DNA of 64,000 bases. It comes from Clostridia bacterium (GTDB taxonomy: Bacteria; Bacillota; Clostridia; Christensenellales; DTU072). Under the pieces are notes generated by a model. That model did not search any database. It had not been told where the DNA came from and saw nothing but the letters and a program-made list of their open reading frames with translations. The stretch is taken from NCBI GenBank assembly GCA_017403145.1, contig JAFQOO010000007.1, positions 142,889 through 206,888 on the forward strand. The letters run 5' to 3'. The position numbers and the translations under genes are program-made. Shown here piece by piece: positions 51,077-63,000 of this stretch. Position 1 is the stretch's first letter. Each line of letters opens with the position of its first letter.

Positions 51077-52349
51077 AATCGTCTATCATTATGCTTATTA
51101 TTTCTTTATCGGTTTCTTTCATTCCCACGTATGCTAGTCGTGATATGGACTTTATGGTTGCTTCTACACCTTGTTTTACAATACCGTCGCCCGCGTAGAA
51201 TTGACAGTCGTGATAGTACATATCCATACCTAGTAGACCGCTTTCAACTGCAAGAGCTATTTTAGCGGCACAGCTTGCTTTTGCTCCGTCGCATATTATG
51301 CCACTAGAAGAAGCGAGTGCATTTACGAGGGTATGTGCAATGGCTTCGAACTTACCACCGCGTAGATAAACTATACCGCAAGCGGCAGCCGCACCCGCCG
51401 AAATAACTCCACAATAAGCGGAGAGGGTGCCAATGCCCGTTTTAAGGTGTATTGTTATAAGGTTCGATAAAGTGAGCGCACGTATGAGAACGTCGCGTTC
51501 TATGCCCAAATGCGAGGCGTAAACGATAACGGGAATGGAAGTGGTCATACCTTGATTACCCGAACCGCTATTTATAATAACGGGAAGTTCGCAACCATTC
51601 ATTCTGGCATCGGAGCCTGCGGCGGCATAGGCTTTTGCGCGAACTTTAACGTTCTTGGGGTCGCCGGAAAGATATACCTTGCCTATGTTTGCGCCATAGT
51701 CGTTTTTGAGGCCTTCTTCGGCGATAGCCATATTGCAATCGATTTGTCTTTCGATAACCTCTCTAACGTCATCTAGGTCAACGCTATCGGCGAATTCTAT
51801 TATGCTTTCTATGGAAAGCAAACTTCTATCCGCTTGTTTTTTTGGTAGTGCTTTGTCGTTTTCGATTAGCACTTTATCGTCTAGCTTTAGTAACGCGATA
51901 TTTGTATGGTCGCCGACAAGCTTTATGTAAGCGACGTGGTTATCGGAATATAAGCTAACTGCAATTTCAAAAATTTCGTCGGAGCAAGAGCGTTTAACTT
52001 CGATAGGGAAGCTTTTCAAAAAGTTAGCAACGATGGGAGCTTCGTCCTCTTTGATTTCGGAAAGAACGGAAAGTTCCTTTTCGTGTTTACCAAGAGATAT
52101 GCCGGCGGCGAGAGCTGCTTCGATACCTTTTAGTCCACAAGTATTGGGAACGGTAACGCTTTTTACGTTTTTGACGATATTGCCACTAACTTCTATTAGA
52201 GCGCGTTTTGCTTGCTCTCCGGTGGTATCTAGAACGGACTTTACCTTAGCACCGGCATAAGCGATGGCAGCGGGTTCGGTGCAGCCCATAGCGGGGACAA
52301 GTTCTTCCTTTAGTATTTGTAAAAATAGATTATATTTTATTTTATCCAT
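51075..52349 (-). CDS. UPF0597 / L-cysteine desulfidase (serine dehydratase alpha-like) family protein.
   Basis: LKEELVPAMGCTEPAAIAYA, SGSGNQG and ICDGAKASCA are present. Length is 424 aa. Confidence 0.82.
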   Translation of the reverse strand: MDKIKYNLFLQILKEELVPAMGCTEPAAIAYAGAKVKSVLDTTGEQAKRALIEVSGNIVKNVKSVTVPNTCGLKGIEAALAAGISLGKHEKELSVLSEIKEDEAPIVANFLKSFPIEVKRSCSDEIFEIAVSLYSDNHVAYIKLVGDHTNIALLKLDDKVLIENDKALPKKQADRSLLSIESIIEFADSVDLDDVREVIERQIDCNMAIAEEGLKNDYGANIGKVYLSGDPKNVKVRAKAYAAAGSDARMNGCELPVIINSGSGNQGMTTSIPVIVYASHLGIERDVLIRALTLSNLITIHLKTGIGTLSAYCGVISAGAAAACGIVYLRGGKFEAIAHTLVNALASSSGIICDGAKASCAAKIALAVESGLLGMDMYYHDCQFYAGDGIVKQGVEATIKSISRLAYVGMKETDKEIISIMIDD

Positions 52350-52376
52350 ATTTTAGCCCTTTTAGAGTTATGATTT

Positions 52377-52405
52377 ATTATATCATTTATAGGCTAAAAA
52401 ATCAA
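52377..52405 (-). promoter_or_regulatory. Promoter of the cysteine-desulfidase-family gene.
   Basis: The minus strand reads TTGATT, 17 nt, TATAAT, about 27 nt upstream of the ATG. Confidence 0.55.
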
Positions 52406-52473
52406 TGGTGAATAGGCATAAAAAACTAGTAAAAAAAGTTGTAAAAAAAGGGGTTAATCGGTTGCATTTTTTT

Positions 52474-52544
52474 GGGTAATTTGGTATAACTTATTAAAGC
52501 CAAAGGTTATTACCAAAAACTTTATGTTACCCACCTTTTTTTTT
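52474..52544 (+). other. Orphan long hairpin followed by T9 (terminator-like on the plus strand) with no upstream plus-strand gene.
   Basis: GGGTAAtTTGGTATAAC...GTTATTACCAAA...TTACCC (52474-52532), then acc + ttttttttt (52536-44). Confidence 0.5.
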
Positions 52545-52591
52545 AGTCCTTACCCCTCCGGTGATTTCCTTTGGCCCCCTTTAAAAAATAT

Positions 52592-52620
52592 AGCCCCGCT
52601 AGAATTTAGCGGGGCTTTTT
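52592..52620. terminator. Intrinsic terminator, probably serving the minus-strand acyltransferase gene.
   Basis: agccccgcta, loop gaatt, tagcggggct, with T4 on the plus strand and tatatttttt on the minus strand. Confidence 0.75.
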
Positions 52621-52641
52621 CGTGTTATCTTTAACTACTTG

Positions 52642-53925
52642 CTAATAAGCGAAATTTTTAATCTCTTGTATAACGTCTTTCATAAAGGAATGGAAGATTT
52701 TTGCATCTTCGTCGTTACCGCGAATACCTACGGAGAAGGTGATTTCGTTTTGGAAAGTGGTAAGAGCAAGTTGCATATATGGTTTATATTTAACTGCGCC
52801 GGAGTAGAATGCGTCTACCAAAGTTAAACCACTAAAGCCAAACTCCATGGGGTTAATTATGCCTATATTGGACATTCCTATATAAGGATTGGTATAACCT
52901 ATTCTAATGGCGATTTCGGAAATACAATGGGGGAACACGGTATAAGCAAGCTTTAGTAGGGGGAGAGAGTATAAACCGGTGAACTTGTCCTCTTTTGCGC
53001 CCTTTAGAGCCTCTTGAACTTTTACTACGGTATCAGCCATAGTTTCGCCAACGTCGGGTGATATGGTGCAAGGCATAAAGCCTATCATATTGGTTAGTCC
53101 AAGTGATTTACCGCCGGTATATCGACGTAGGTCGTACATACAAGGCACGGTTATGGTGTCGGTGGTGCCAACGTATCTATATAGAGTACGGAAGTATGCT
53201 GCAAGAAGAACGTCGTTTATGGTTGCGCCCATAGCCTTACCTTTGTTTTTCATTGCTAAAAAGTCGTCGCGACACATTTTTTCGCGTACAAGTCTACATT
53301 TTTCGCTACCATCGTCTTTTGCGAAGGGGAAGGTAACCTTATTTTCTACGGTAGATATATTTTTATACAAGCCTTTAGCGATTTTTTGGTCTTCGGGAGA
53401 AAGCTCGTAGTAAACTTGGTCGGCGTTTCGGGTACCCTTTTTGATATCGGGAGCGAGTACGCCACTCTCCATATATTTATTATAGGTTTCTACCACTTTC
53501 ATATTGAGGTAACGCATATCGGAACCATCAAAGCACATATGGTTTACGACGGTTGCAAGAATATCCTTGCCACCGGAACGGATGATTTGAGCACGCATTT
53601 GTACCTTTCCGTTTGCTGGAACGGTATATCCCATAAAGTCGTCGAGTTCTTTTTCGGGGTCGTCGGTTTCCACAACGCGGAAGAAGTCGTCGGCACTAAA
53701 ATTTTTATTAAGCACCCAGTAGGGCTTTATAAAATTATTGTGGTAGGTGCTGTGTAGAACGGGAATTTCGTTTATTACAGCTTCGTAAACTTTGGCAAGA
53801 ACCTTTTCGTTTATCATACCATCGTAGTAGTAGGCTGCGTGCATAGTGCGGTTGTAGTAGGCGCGGAAAAGATATTGCATCTTATCCCACATTTCTGCTT
53901 TGTAAATTTTTCGTGTGTTCGTCAT
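52642..53925 (-). CDS. Condensation-domain-like acyltransferase (HxxxDG motif).
   Basis: VVNHMCFDGSD matches the HxxxDG catalytic motif of the condensation/PapA5/WS-DGAT-type acyltransferase fold. Size is about 427 aa. I recognise no closer family. Confidence 0.55.
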   Translation of the reverse strand: MTNTRKIYKAEMWDKMQYLFRAYYNRTMHAAYYYDGMINEKVLAKVYEAVINEIPVLHSTYHNNFIKPYWVLNKNFSADDFFRVVETDDPEKELDDFMGYTVPANGKVQMRAQIIRSGGKDILATVVNHMCFDGSDMRYLNMKVVETYNKYMESGVLAPDIKKGTRNADQVYYELSPEDQKIAKGLYKNISTVENKVTFPFAKDDGSEKCRLVREKMCRDDFLAMKNKGKAMGATINDVLLAAYFRTLYRYVGTTDTITVPCMYDLRRYTGGKSLGLTNMIGFMPCTISPDVGETMADTVVKVQEALKGAKEDKFTGLYSLPLLKLAYTVFPHCISEIAIRIGYTNPYIGMSNIGIINPMEFGFSGLTLVDAFYSGAVKYKPYMQLALTTFQNEITFSVGIRGNDEDAKIFHSFMKDVIQEIKNFAY

Positions 53926-54007
53926 AGTTAGTACTCCGTTAGAGTGTTTTATACAAAGTTAAAGGGGAACTTGCGTTCCCCTTGGATGTCAATTTCGGAA
54001 CGCGGAA

Positions 54008-57000
54008 CTATGCTCTTTTCCTAAATAGGAATACCATTACGGAGCCTAGCATAATTAGTGCGGCTACGCCAATGATAATTAGTAGCAAGTAGTTGTTGCT
54101 TTCCTCTGCTATGAATGCGAAGCTTGATAGGCTATCGACTTCTATCGTTACGTAGCCATCGTTAACGTCCACGTCAACGAGGTTGTAAACACCGTCTTCT
54201 TGAACCATAACCTTAACCGATTTTTCCTCTTGTAGAGCATTGGGAACCTTGATGGTTACCGTGGTCTTACCGGGAACTACTTCGGTAGAAGATTGGTCGC
54301 TGGTAGCGGTTAGGGTGAATGCACGAACTATCTTTTGGTTGGACTTTAGTTCGGCTTGGATATCCTCGAAGTCAGCGGGCAGTCTGCTCATTGATACCGA
54401 CATAGTGGGGTCGAAGCCATCTGCGCTTTCGAGCTTGATATCGATACCGTTTGCTTCGGATTGGATGAAGGGACGGTTGATGGTGATATATACGGTAACC
54501 GAGTCGGGAGCGTAGTAGTTTTCGGTTTCGGGAGCGCTTAGAACTACCACGTACTTACCTGCGTTCTTGAAGAAGTTGTGGACTTCTTCGAGGTCGATAG
54601 TATAGGTGATTTCGGCACCAGAGGAGCAAGTAGCGGATATTTCTCTAGCAATACCATCTTCAACGAAGCTTATGTATTGACTTTCAACGGTGATAACTGC
54701 CTTGAACTTCTTGATGGTGTAGGTACCGTTTATGAAGGTTACGGAGTAGTTAGTGTTATTATGAGAACCGCTTATTTCATAGGTGCCCATTTCGCTACCG
54801 CTTTCTCTTACGAGAGTTACTTGTAGGTCGTCGTTGCCAATCAAATTACCCTTTGTGATGGAGTAGGTCAACTCGGCGTCTTCTTCACCATATTCGCTTT
54901 CGGCGTTATTGATAGTAACGGTGATTTCTCTTGCGGTGATTTCGTATACAACGCCCTCTACGAAGGTGATTTCGTAGTTCTTGTGGTATAGAGTACCTTG
55001 GGTGATAGCATAGGTGCCAACGTCGGTACCGAGTTCGCAACCAAGTTCGCCTTCAAGAACGTCTCCGTTAACGAGGTTGTCATCGTCATAGGTGAGAGCT
55101 AGAGGAGCTTCGCCATAAGCAACGGACTTAGCTTGAGGAGTAATGGTTACAGGACGAGGAGTGATGGTATAGATAGCACCTTCGGAATCAAGGCTAATGT
55201 TGTAGTTGGGGTTCATTTCGGGTAGTTCACCGAGGGTGATACCATAGGTACCTACGTCGTAGCCGGTTGCAGATAGTGAACCGTGGAGTTCGTCTCCGTC
55301 AACTAGGGAAGTGCCTTCGATGAATACGTACTCGATATCTGCCATCTTGTCGCCATAAACTTGACTTGCACTAGATACCTTAATCTTCAAATCGCGCTTG
55401 GTGATGGTGTAACGGATATCGCCACTCAAGTATTGGATTTGATAGTTCCTATTTCTGCCTTCCTCGTTATTCAAGGTACCTTGGGGGATTTCCCATTCGC
55501 CTATAGTCTTATTGGTAGGTTCGCCTAAGCTTCCTTCTAGAGGATAGCCGGCAAATACCATACCGCTTTGGATAGTATAATCAAAGGGTAGAATTTCTTC
55601 ACCATATTCGTAGGAAACAGCAACGGGGGAGATGATTATAGTTGCGGGCTTGATTTCAAAGGTTGCCGGAACGTAGGTCATTTCGTAGTTACTATTGCTT
55701 GCGTTATCAAAGCCTACTGCAGTTATGGTGTACTTACCAACGTTGACGAGGTCTAATTCACCGTCAGCTACGATAGTGAGCGAACCAACGGGAACTTCGT
55801 CGTTAGCCATACCGGTTACGGTGTACTCTAGAGCAAGAAGGTCGATGGGGGTTCCGTCGAAGGTCTTGGTATTAGCAATAGCTTTAACGGTAGCGATACG
55901 CTTGGTGATAACGAACTTGCCTACTAGAGCGGTATCTTCTATGGTAACAACGTGGTTGGTGCTATCGATTACGTAGCTTTCGATGTCGTAGGTATTTGCA
56001 TTATTGTTAGAAGCATCGGTACGGGTATAGGTAATTACTACGGGGTTACCATGGTCGTCGGTTACGGTTTCTTCCCAAGTGGAAAGAATGGTACCATATC
56101 CAATCGACTTAGCGGTGGGAACAACGTTAATATGTCTTGCAGTAATTTCATATACGTCGAGGTTGGTGCCTTCTTCGAATACTAGTTCGTAGTTGGTGTT
56201 GTCGATAGATATAGAGGTTAGGTCGTATTTACCTACGTCTTCACCCTCTTCACGAATCATAGTAGCAATTACTTCGTCGCCGTAAGCGGTGGTAATCTTG
56301 AACGAGAAGTTGGAATCATCTTCGTCGTCGTAAACTTTGGTTAGGTCGCTTGCTTCAAGCATATCTACGGGGTTAATGGTACCCAAGTTTCTGGGTTTAA
56401 CGGTAACGGTAACAACCGCTTTGGTGCCCTGGAAGTTATCGTTTGCTTGAGCAGTGATTTCTACGGTGTAGGTGCCTGCGTTCTTGAAGGTTCTACCTGT
56501 TTTACCATTTACACGATAGGTTACGTTAACAGCCTTATCGTGAACGCCGTTTTCGTTGATATCAACGAATACTTCGCCTTCGTCGTAAACACCGTTTCCG
56601 TTTTCGTCAACGTATTCTTCGTCTCCACCTACTACGAGATAGGAATCAACGGTTTGTTCGGTTCCATCGTATTCTAGGTCTAGTCTATAGTTTCCGTCTA
56701 CGTCGGCATAGGTTGCGTCGTTGAATCCCAATACTGCTTGACCACGGTTGATGCTGAAGGGGTGTTTGCTATCAACGAATACGCGCTTACCATATTCGGC
56801 ACTATAAGCGAATTGACTAAAGGTATAGTAGCTATTGTTTACGCAAATATTATTATCTTCGAGAACGAATACGAAGTTATACTTACCAACGGTTTCGCCC
56901 TTTACGCGAGTCAAAGTGAAATCAATATCATATCCGCTAACGATACCGCCTGAAACTTCGTATTGGAATACGGGGTCAGCTTCGGTGTAGCCCTTCTTTT

Positions 57001-60000
57001 GACCGTCTAGAGCTTGGAAGGTTAGGGGACGAGCGGTAATGGTATAGGTACCTTCGGTAAAGATAACGTGATAGTTGGGGTTCTCTACGTCGTTTACGGA
57101 ACCTTGTCTAATTACGTAATTGCCGGGGGTGATGCCTTCGTCGCGAACGGGTGTTCCTTTAAGAGTTTCGCCGGAAACCAGACCTTGTGTAGCAGTAGCG
57201 GAAAGAGTCTTAGGTTCGTCGCCGAAAACTTGTGCGTTTCTACCGGTTATGGAGTTTGCGGTAACCTTGACTTCACGACGAGTGATATAGTACTTGATGC
57301 CCTTACTATCAAGAGATACTTGGTAGTTGGGGTTATAGCCAGATTTACCACTATCGTTTAGCGTGCCTATCAAGATTTCGTAACCTTCTTCGGTAACGTC
57401 TTTACCGGGTGCTCTGGTTAGGGCACCGCCTAACGTATCGTTACCGATAAGACCGGGCTCGTTTTCATCGAACTTATATACGCTAGTATAGTTTATCTTG
57501 GTGTCGGCATTGCTACCATATACTGCGGAAATCTTGTCTTGACCTTCCGGGATAACAGGGGTAACGACTATGTTACGTTTTTCGATATTATAGTAATATA
57601 GACCGTCGCCGGAGTCGGGGTTGGTAGCAAGAGTAAAGAAGTAGTTCTTATTGTTGGTCTTATCTAACTTGTTAAAGTTACCGATATTTATAGCGTATGC
57701 GCCATAAGAGATACCGGCATCTCTTGCAAGCTTACTTTCGGCGTCAACAGCGAATCCATCTACTAGGTCGGCAGGATTGATATAGTAATCTATACCGCTT
57801 TCCATTTGACCGTCGTAAATCTTTCTAAGGTTATTGGTAACGCCATCGTTTCTCAAAGAGGGAACTTGAACGGTAACGTCTTTCTTATTGATAACGAATA
57901 CACCGGTTTCTAGTTCAACCTTGTAGTTGGTAACTCCGTTATGCATCTTGGCTTCGAATGAACCAATAGCGATATCGTATTCACCGGCGGGTAGATAGTG
58001 CGTGCTCAAATAGAGGTTCTTTCTTTCGTGGTAATCGGCATTGCTTTCGCCATCGTTTTGGGGAAGTACGGAGCTGATATCGATAGAAAGTGAACCGCTA
58101 AATTCTGCATCATCACCAGTTAATAGGTGGCTCAAATCGATGCCCTTACGTTTATTAACAATGGTAAATGCAAGGTTGGTTTGACCTTCGTTAATACCAA
58201 AAGTGATAAGGTTACCAAAGGTATCGCTTTGTCCTGCAACGGGGGTAACGGTTGCGATTAGTTCTTCGATAATGAACTTGTTTTCACCATTTACCTTTAG
58301 CTTGTAGTTACTATTAGCACTGCTTGCCATTTGAGCATCTGCGACGATATTGTATTTACCTACGTCTTCGGGAGAGCCTTCTATCATAACGCCACCAACT
58401 ATTTGTGCGCTAGAGGGGGATACCGCGAATCTCAAGGTACTATTATCGGGTAGGGGGTCGCCTACGCTGATGGTTACCTCGTAGGGGGTTATTGTTACGT
58501 CTAGTTGCTTAATGGTATAGTAAACGGGATTGGGGCTAAAGGTGATTGCATAGTTGGAGTTAGCGCCATTATCGTTATTAAGAGTACCTTGTTGAATTTG
58601 GTAGGTGTTAACGTCTGCTCCATCTTGGCGAGTTAGAGCACCGGTTAGGGGGTAACCGGAAACCAATGCGCTACCTGTTAGACCGCTAGCGTTTAGGCTT
58701 AGGGTGTAAGAGAAGGTATCGTTTTTAGCAATACCTACACCATCGTAGGTCTTACCTTGGTCGGCGTTGGGGGTAATCAAGATGGGACGAGGAACAATGG
58801 TGAACGTACCACGTTTTGCAGTCATAACGTAGTTCTTGTTAGCACCGTTTATACCGGTCTTGATATACAAGTCGTAAGAGCCTACTTGTGCGTTAGTGAG
58901 GTCGGTGTTTAAAAGCTCTTGGGATAGACCGGGGTTGGTACGGATTATTAGTAGGGTAAACAATTCGCTAACCTTGATATCTTTATCTCTAAGAGCGATA
59001 CCCGATTTATCGTTACCGCTTATTGCAGTAGCAGTGAAAGCGGTTTGACTAATGGTGATTGGTTCGCCGAAGTAATGGTTAGTTACGTCAACGGGCTTTA
59101 TTTCCACAGGTCTACGATTGATATGGAAATAGTTTTCGTTAAACGAAATGTTGTAGTTAGTGGTGTTAAATACACTGGTACCGATGGTGCCTAGGTTGCT
59201 GGTAAAGCTAGAAGCATCTTCGCCGACAGCGGTACCTATACCATTACGAGAGAGGGCACCTTCTATCAAAGCTTTGGTAACGTTAGAGTTGCTACCGGAA
59301 GAAATGGAGTAGTCGATATAGGGGTCTTCTTCGCCATAAATCTTGCTTGTTTCTACAGCTTTGATGGTTATTGCGTGCTTAGAGATGGTGTATTTTGCAC
59401 CGATATAGGTGATATTGTAGTTGTCGTTAACGATGGTTACGTTACCGTTTGCATCGGTATTGGTTATATCGTAGGAACCAACCATACAAATGGTTTTACC
59501 GTCTGCAAGGCTAGCTCCGGGCAATGCGTATACCATATTAACTATTTCGCAGTTTAGAGTACCGAAAGTATCTCCGCTAATAAGACCGGTGTGGTTTAGA
59601 GAGTCGTACGCGGAATAGCTCATAGAGGTGTTGTTGAACTTGATATCTGCACCAAACTCTAATTTTTGTTCGGAAGCGGTAATTTCGATATCACGACGAT
59701 TTACCGTTAGGGTTAAAACGTTGGTAGCGGGTATTGCGTAGTTCCAAGTATTAGCGGGGGTGAATTGGATGGTCTTGTCACCGCTATCTGAAACGTAGGG
59801 ACGATTGGGTACGACTGCGTTGCTGGATATACTTGTTACGTAAGCCCAAGAACCATAAACGGGAATAGCTTCGCCGATGCTATCATACGCACCGTTAAGG
59901 TTGCGGTCTACGAATTCTTCGCCTTCGTCGTAGGTTCCGTTTGCGTTAGCATCAACAAAAGTTTCCGCATTGGCGTATTCTAGGTTGATGATGGTATTGG

Positions 60001-63000
60001 CTACGATATCACCGGTTGCACCATCTTCTGCATCGTATTTACCGGTTGAGAGCGTTTGACCATAAATGATATTGATATCGTTTACGCCATCGATATATAC
60101 GCTTGCTTGCTTAATGGTAAAGATAGTGTAGGTTGAACCGGTATAGTTACCGGTACCGGTTATAACTACGCGGTGTTCGTTTACAGCGTTATCTCCGTCG
60201 TAAATGCCGTTTCCGTTATCGTCGACAAAACTTTCACCTTCGTCGTAGATTCCGTTTGCGTTTGCATCAACGAAGGCTTCGCCGGCACTTCTGTTGGTAA
60301 AGTCGCCCACGTAACTGTATGAGAAATCTACGCCTACTACTAGTACGCGACTTACGTTCTTAGTAATATCGGTTGCATCGATTAAAGTCTTATCGGTTAT
60401 GGTAGTGGTAGGAACGTATCTGCTACCGGAGTAATAAACGCTGGGTATAGCATCAACTACCGAGCCACTAATATCTTTACGTTGGATAGCAACTTTATTA
60501 GCATCACTGATTTCTAGGAAACCATTGGAATCTTCGTTTAGATGATAGTTCTTGTGCGTATTATCGTCGCTGGTAATAGAAATATCCCTTGCAGTAGTCA
60601 AAACGTCGATAGATGCTTGCGAGGTACTATAAGTAACGGTTGCAGTTATCTTTATCTTACCTACGTCGCCTTCATATTCGTCGGAAACCCAAGAGAAAGC
60701 ATTGTTGTAACAAATATTATTACCATCGAATACTTTACCATCGGTAACGAGGGTTAGATTTAGTAATCTGGTTGTAATGGCTATAAAGGAACCGTCGGCA
60801 TAGTTTGCATCGCTATAAGCCGCGCCTCTATAGTCGTCGGTAGTGGTTTTGGTTAGATGGTAGTTATCTAGAACGGTATTGGGCTTAACGCTGGGGTCGG
60901 TTGCACTACCCAATGCGATAGCTACGCCCGTAGCGGATATGTATTTAGCTTCTTTCAAATAACGTCCGTCGCTAGGAGCTTTCTTACCATTATAATAGTT
61001 TGCACTAGCAGAGTTAAAGGTTGCTACTGCATCGGTGCACTTGGGGTATAGGTTATCTGCAATACCGCTGGCATTGGTTTGGATAGGGGAGCTTCCGTCG
61101 TCCCATCTACCGTTACCATTGGCATCGGTAAAGGTTTCGCCATTATCGTATTGACCGTTGCTATTAGCGTCTACGTATGCTTCGGCAGGCGCCCAGCCAT
61201 AGGTTACGGTAGCGGTGGTATTGCCATCGTAAACCTTGTTTACGTGTGAAAGGATAGCTATAGTTACGTCTTTTTGTGCTATAGCACAACCTTCTTGATA
61301 TACTTTGATAGCTTGGTTTACGTATGCGGTAGCGTTATTGTTATTTGCAATACCACGAACGTAGTAGTTTCTATAGTCGGTGCCCGAAAGGAATAGGTCG
61401 CAAGAGGTTACGGTTTTACCTTCGCCAGCGTCTATGTTAGCAAAGGTGCCGAGGAATGATTGCAAAATGCTACCCACGTTATTGGTGCCGGAAACGGTTT
61501 CGTTAGATTTGGTCTTATAGTAGGTATTGCTACCCGCTTTATCGGTAGAGAATCCAATATCGTCGCCGGTAACGTAGCCGGTCATTATTATACCTGCGAA
61601 ATATGCGGTGTCGTGTGCATCGTAAACCTTACCCTTTAGGTTGGTTGTAATCTTAGTATTATTTATGTAATAACCGTTAAGACTGCTTATTGCTTTGGTT
61701 CCGTCGTAACATTGTCCGTAGCCGGCAGAGGCGATTACAAGTTCTTTAGGTGCTATCGTACCCTTTATTTCGTCGGCAGAGTTTTGGAAGATATAACTCT
61801 TTGCTAGGTCTGCGTTAAGAGTTGACGCGGCATTAGGAATGGTTGCGGATATGCTTGCAGTTGCGTTAACGGTGATTTTTTTATTGGTAGCAACGGTCTT
61901 ATCGTTAAATACAAAGTCTTGACCGCTTGCGATATTTATTGTAGTAAAGGTTAGCCCGTTGTTGCTGTAATCGGCGGTAATAACCGGGTTGGTTGCACTT
62001 TCGGAACCAAGTACCCAGTCAGTTTGGTTAACTTGCCACAATAGTTTGTTACCATCGTATACCTTGGAGTTTTCTGCTCCATTGGGTGCGTTGGCGGGGA
62101 AAGTGGGCTTTGCATATACGTTTATTGCATTTATAGTAACGTCGAATTCGGCGGTACCGATTACCGAGCCACTATAAGTCAAGGTTACGGTTGCAATATA
62201 TTTACCCGCATAAGTAGGTGCTGTTGTAGTTAGGTTGTATTTGTTGTTTGCTAGCGTTGTTCCGCTAAATTCTATCTTTCCTCCATACCCTGACGGCACC
62301 GCTAACGTTAGTTCAATCGGTTGCCCGTCGTAATTGAAGGTGTACGCTCTTGTGCCGGAAGCACTTGCTGTTCCGTTATTTAGGACAAGCGGGGCGATTT
62401 CTGCAAATTGAGCCTCCCAAGTGAAAGTGTTTGCAGTGGGGCGTTTGTCCATAGTTTTGGTTTGACGCCATTTATTATCAACGTATGAGCCTACTCCAAG
62501 GGTACCGCTAGCACCACCACCGGTGCCTTTCCAACCGGTAAAGTAGTAGTAGTCGTTTGCACTTGCGTATAGATAATAAGATTGAGAACCATATCTATTG
62601 TTCAAAGTCTTGCTGGAGCCCGAGGAGGTTGAGCTTGTGGTAACGTATGCTACACCCGCGCTATCGTTGTTAACGGTTGCGGTAATAACGGACTTATAGT
62701 ACCAAACGGTTTTAGAAGTACTATTACCTACGTCGTCTTTAGCGGTTATAACGTATCTGCCTTCATTGGGAAGAGTCAAGGTTTTGGAACCGGTTCTAGA
62801 AGTTGCCGAGCCTGCCGACCAGTCTAGACCGGTAGAGGTGCTACTAACGCCTGCCAAGTTGTAGTAGGTAACGGATATGCTACCTAAACCTGCCCCCGCA
62901 TCCGTAACGGTAACTTGGTTGCCGGTTTGCCAATATTCGGTTGCACTACTATCACCGGTGGCTAGTGAGGTTGCGCTGGTGGGGTTTATTGACGGCGCGG

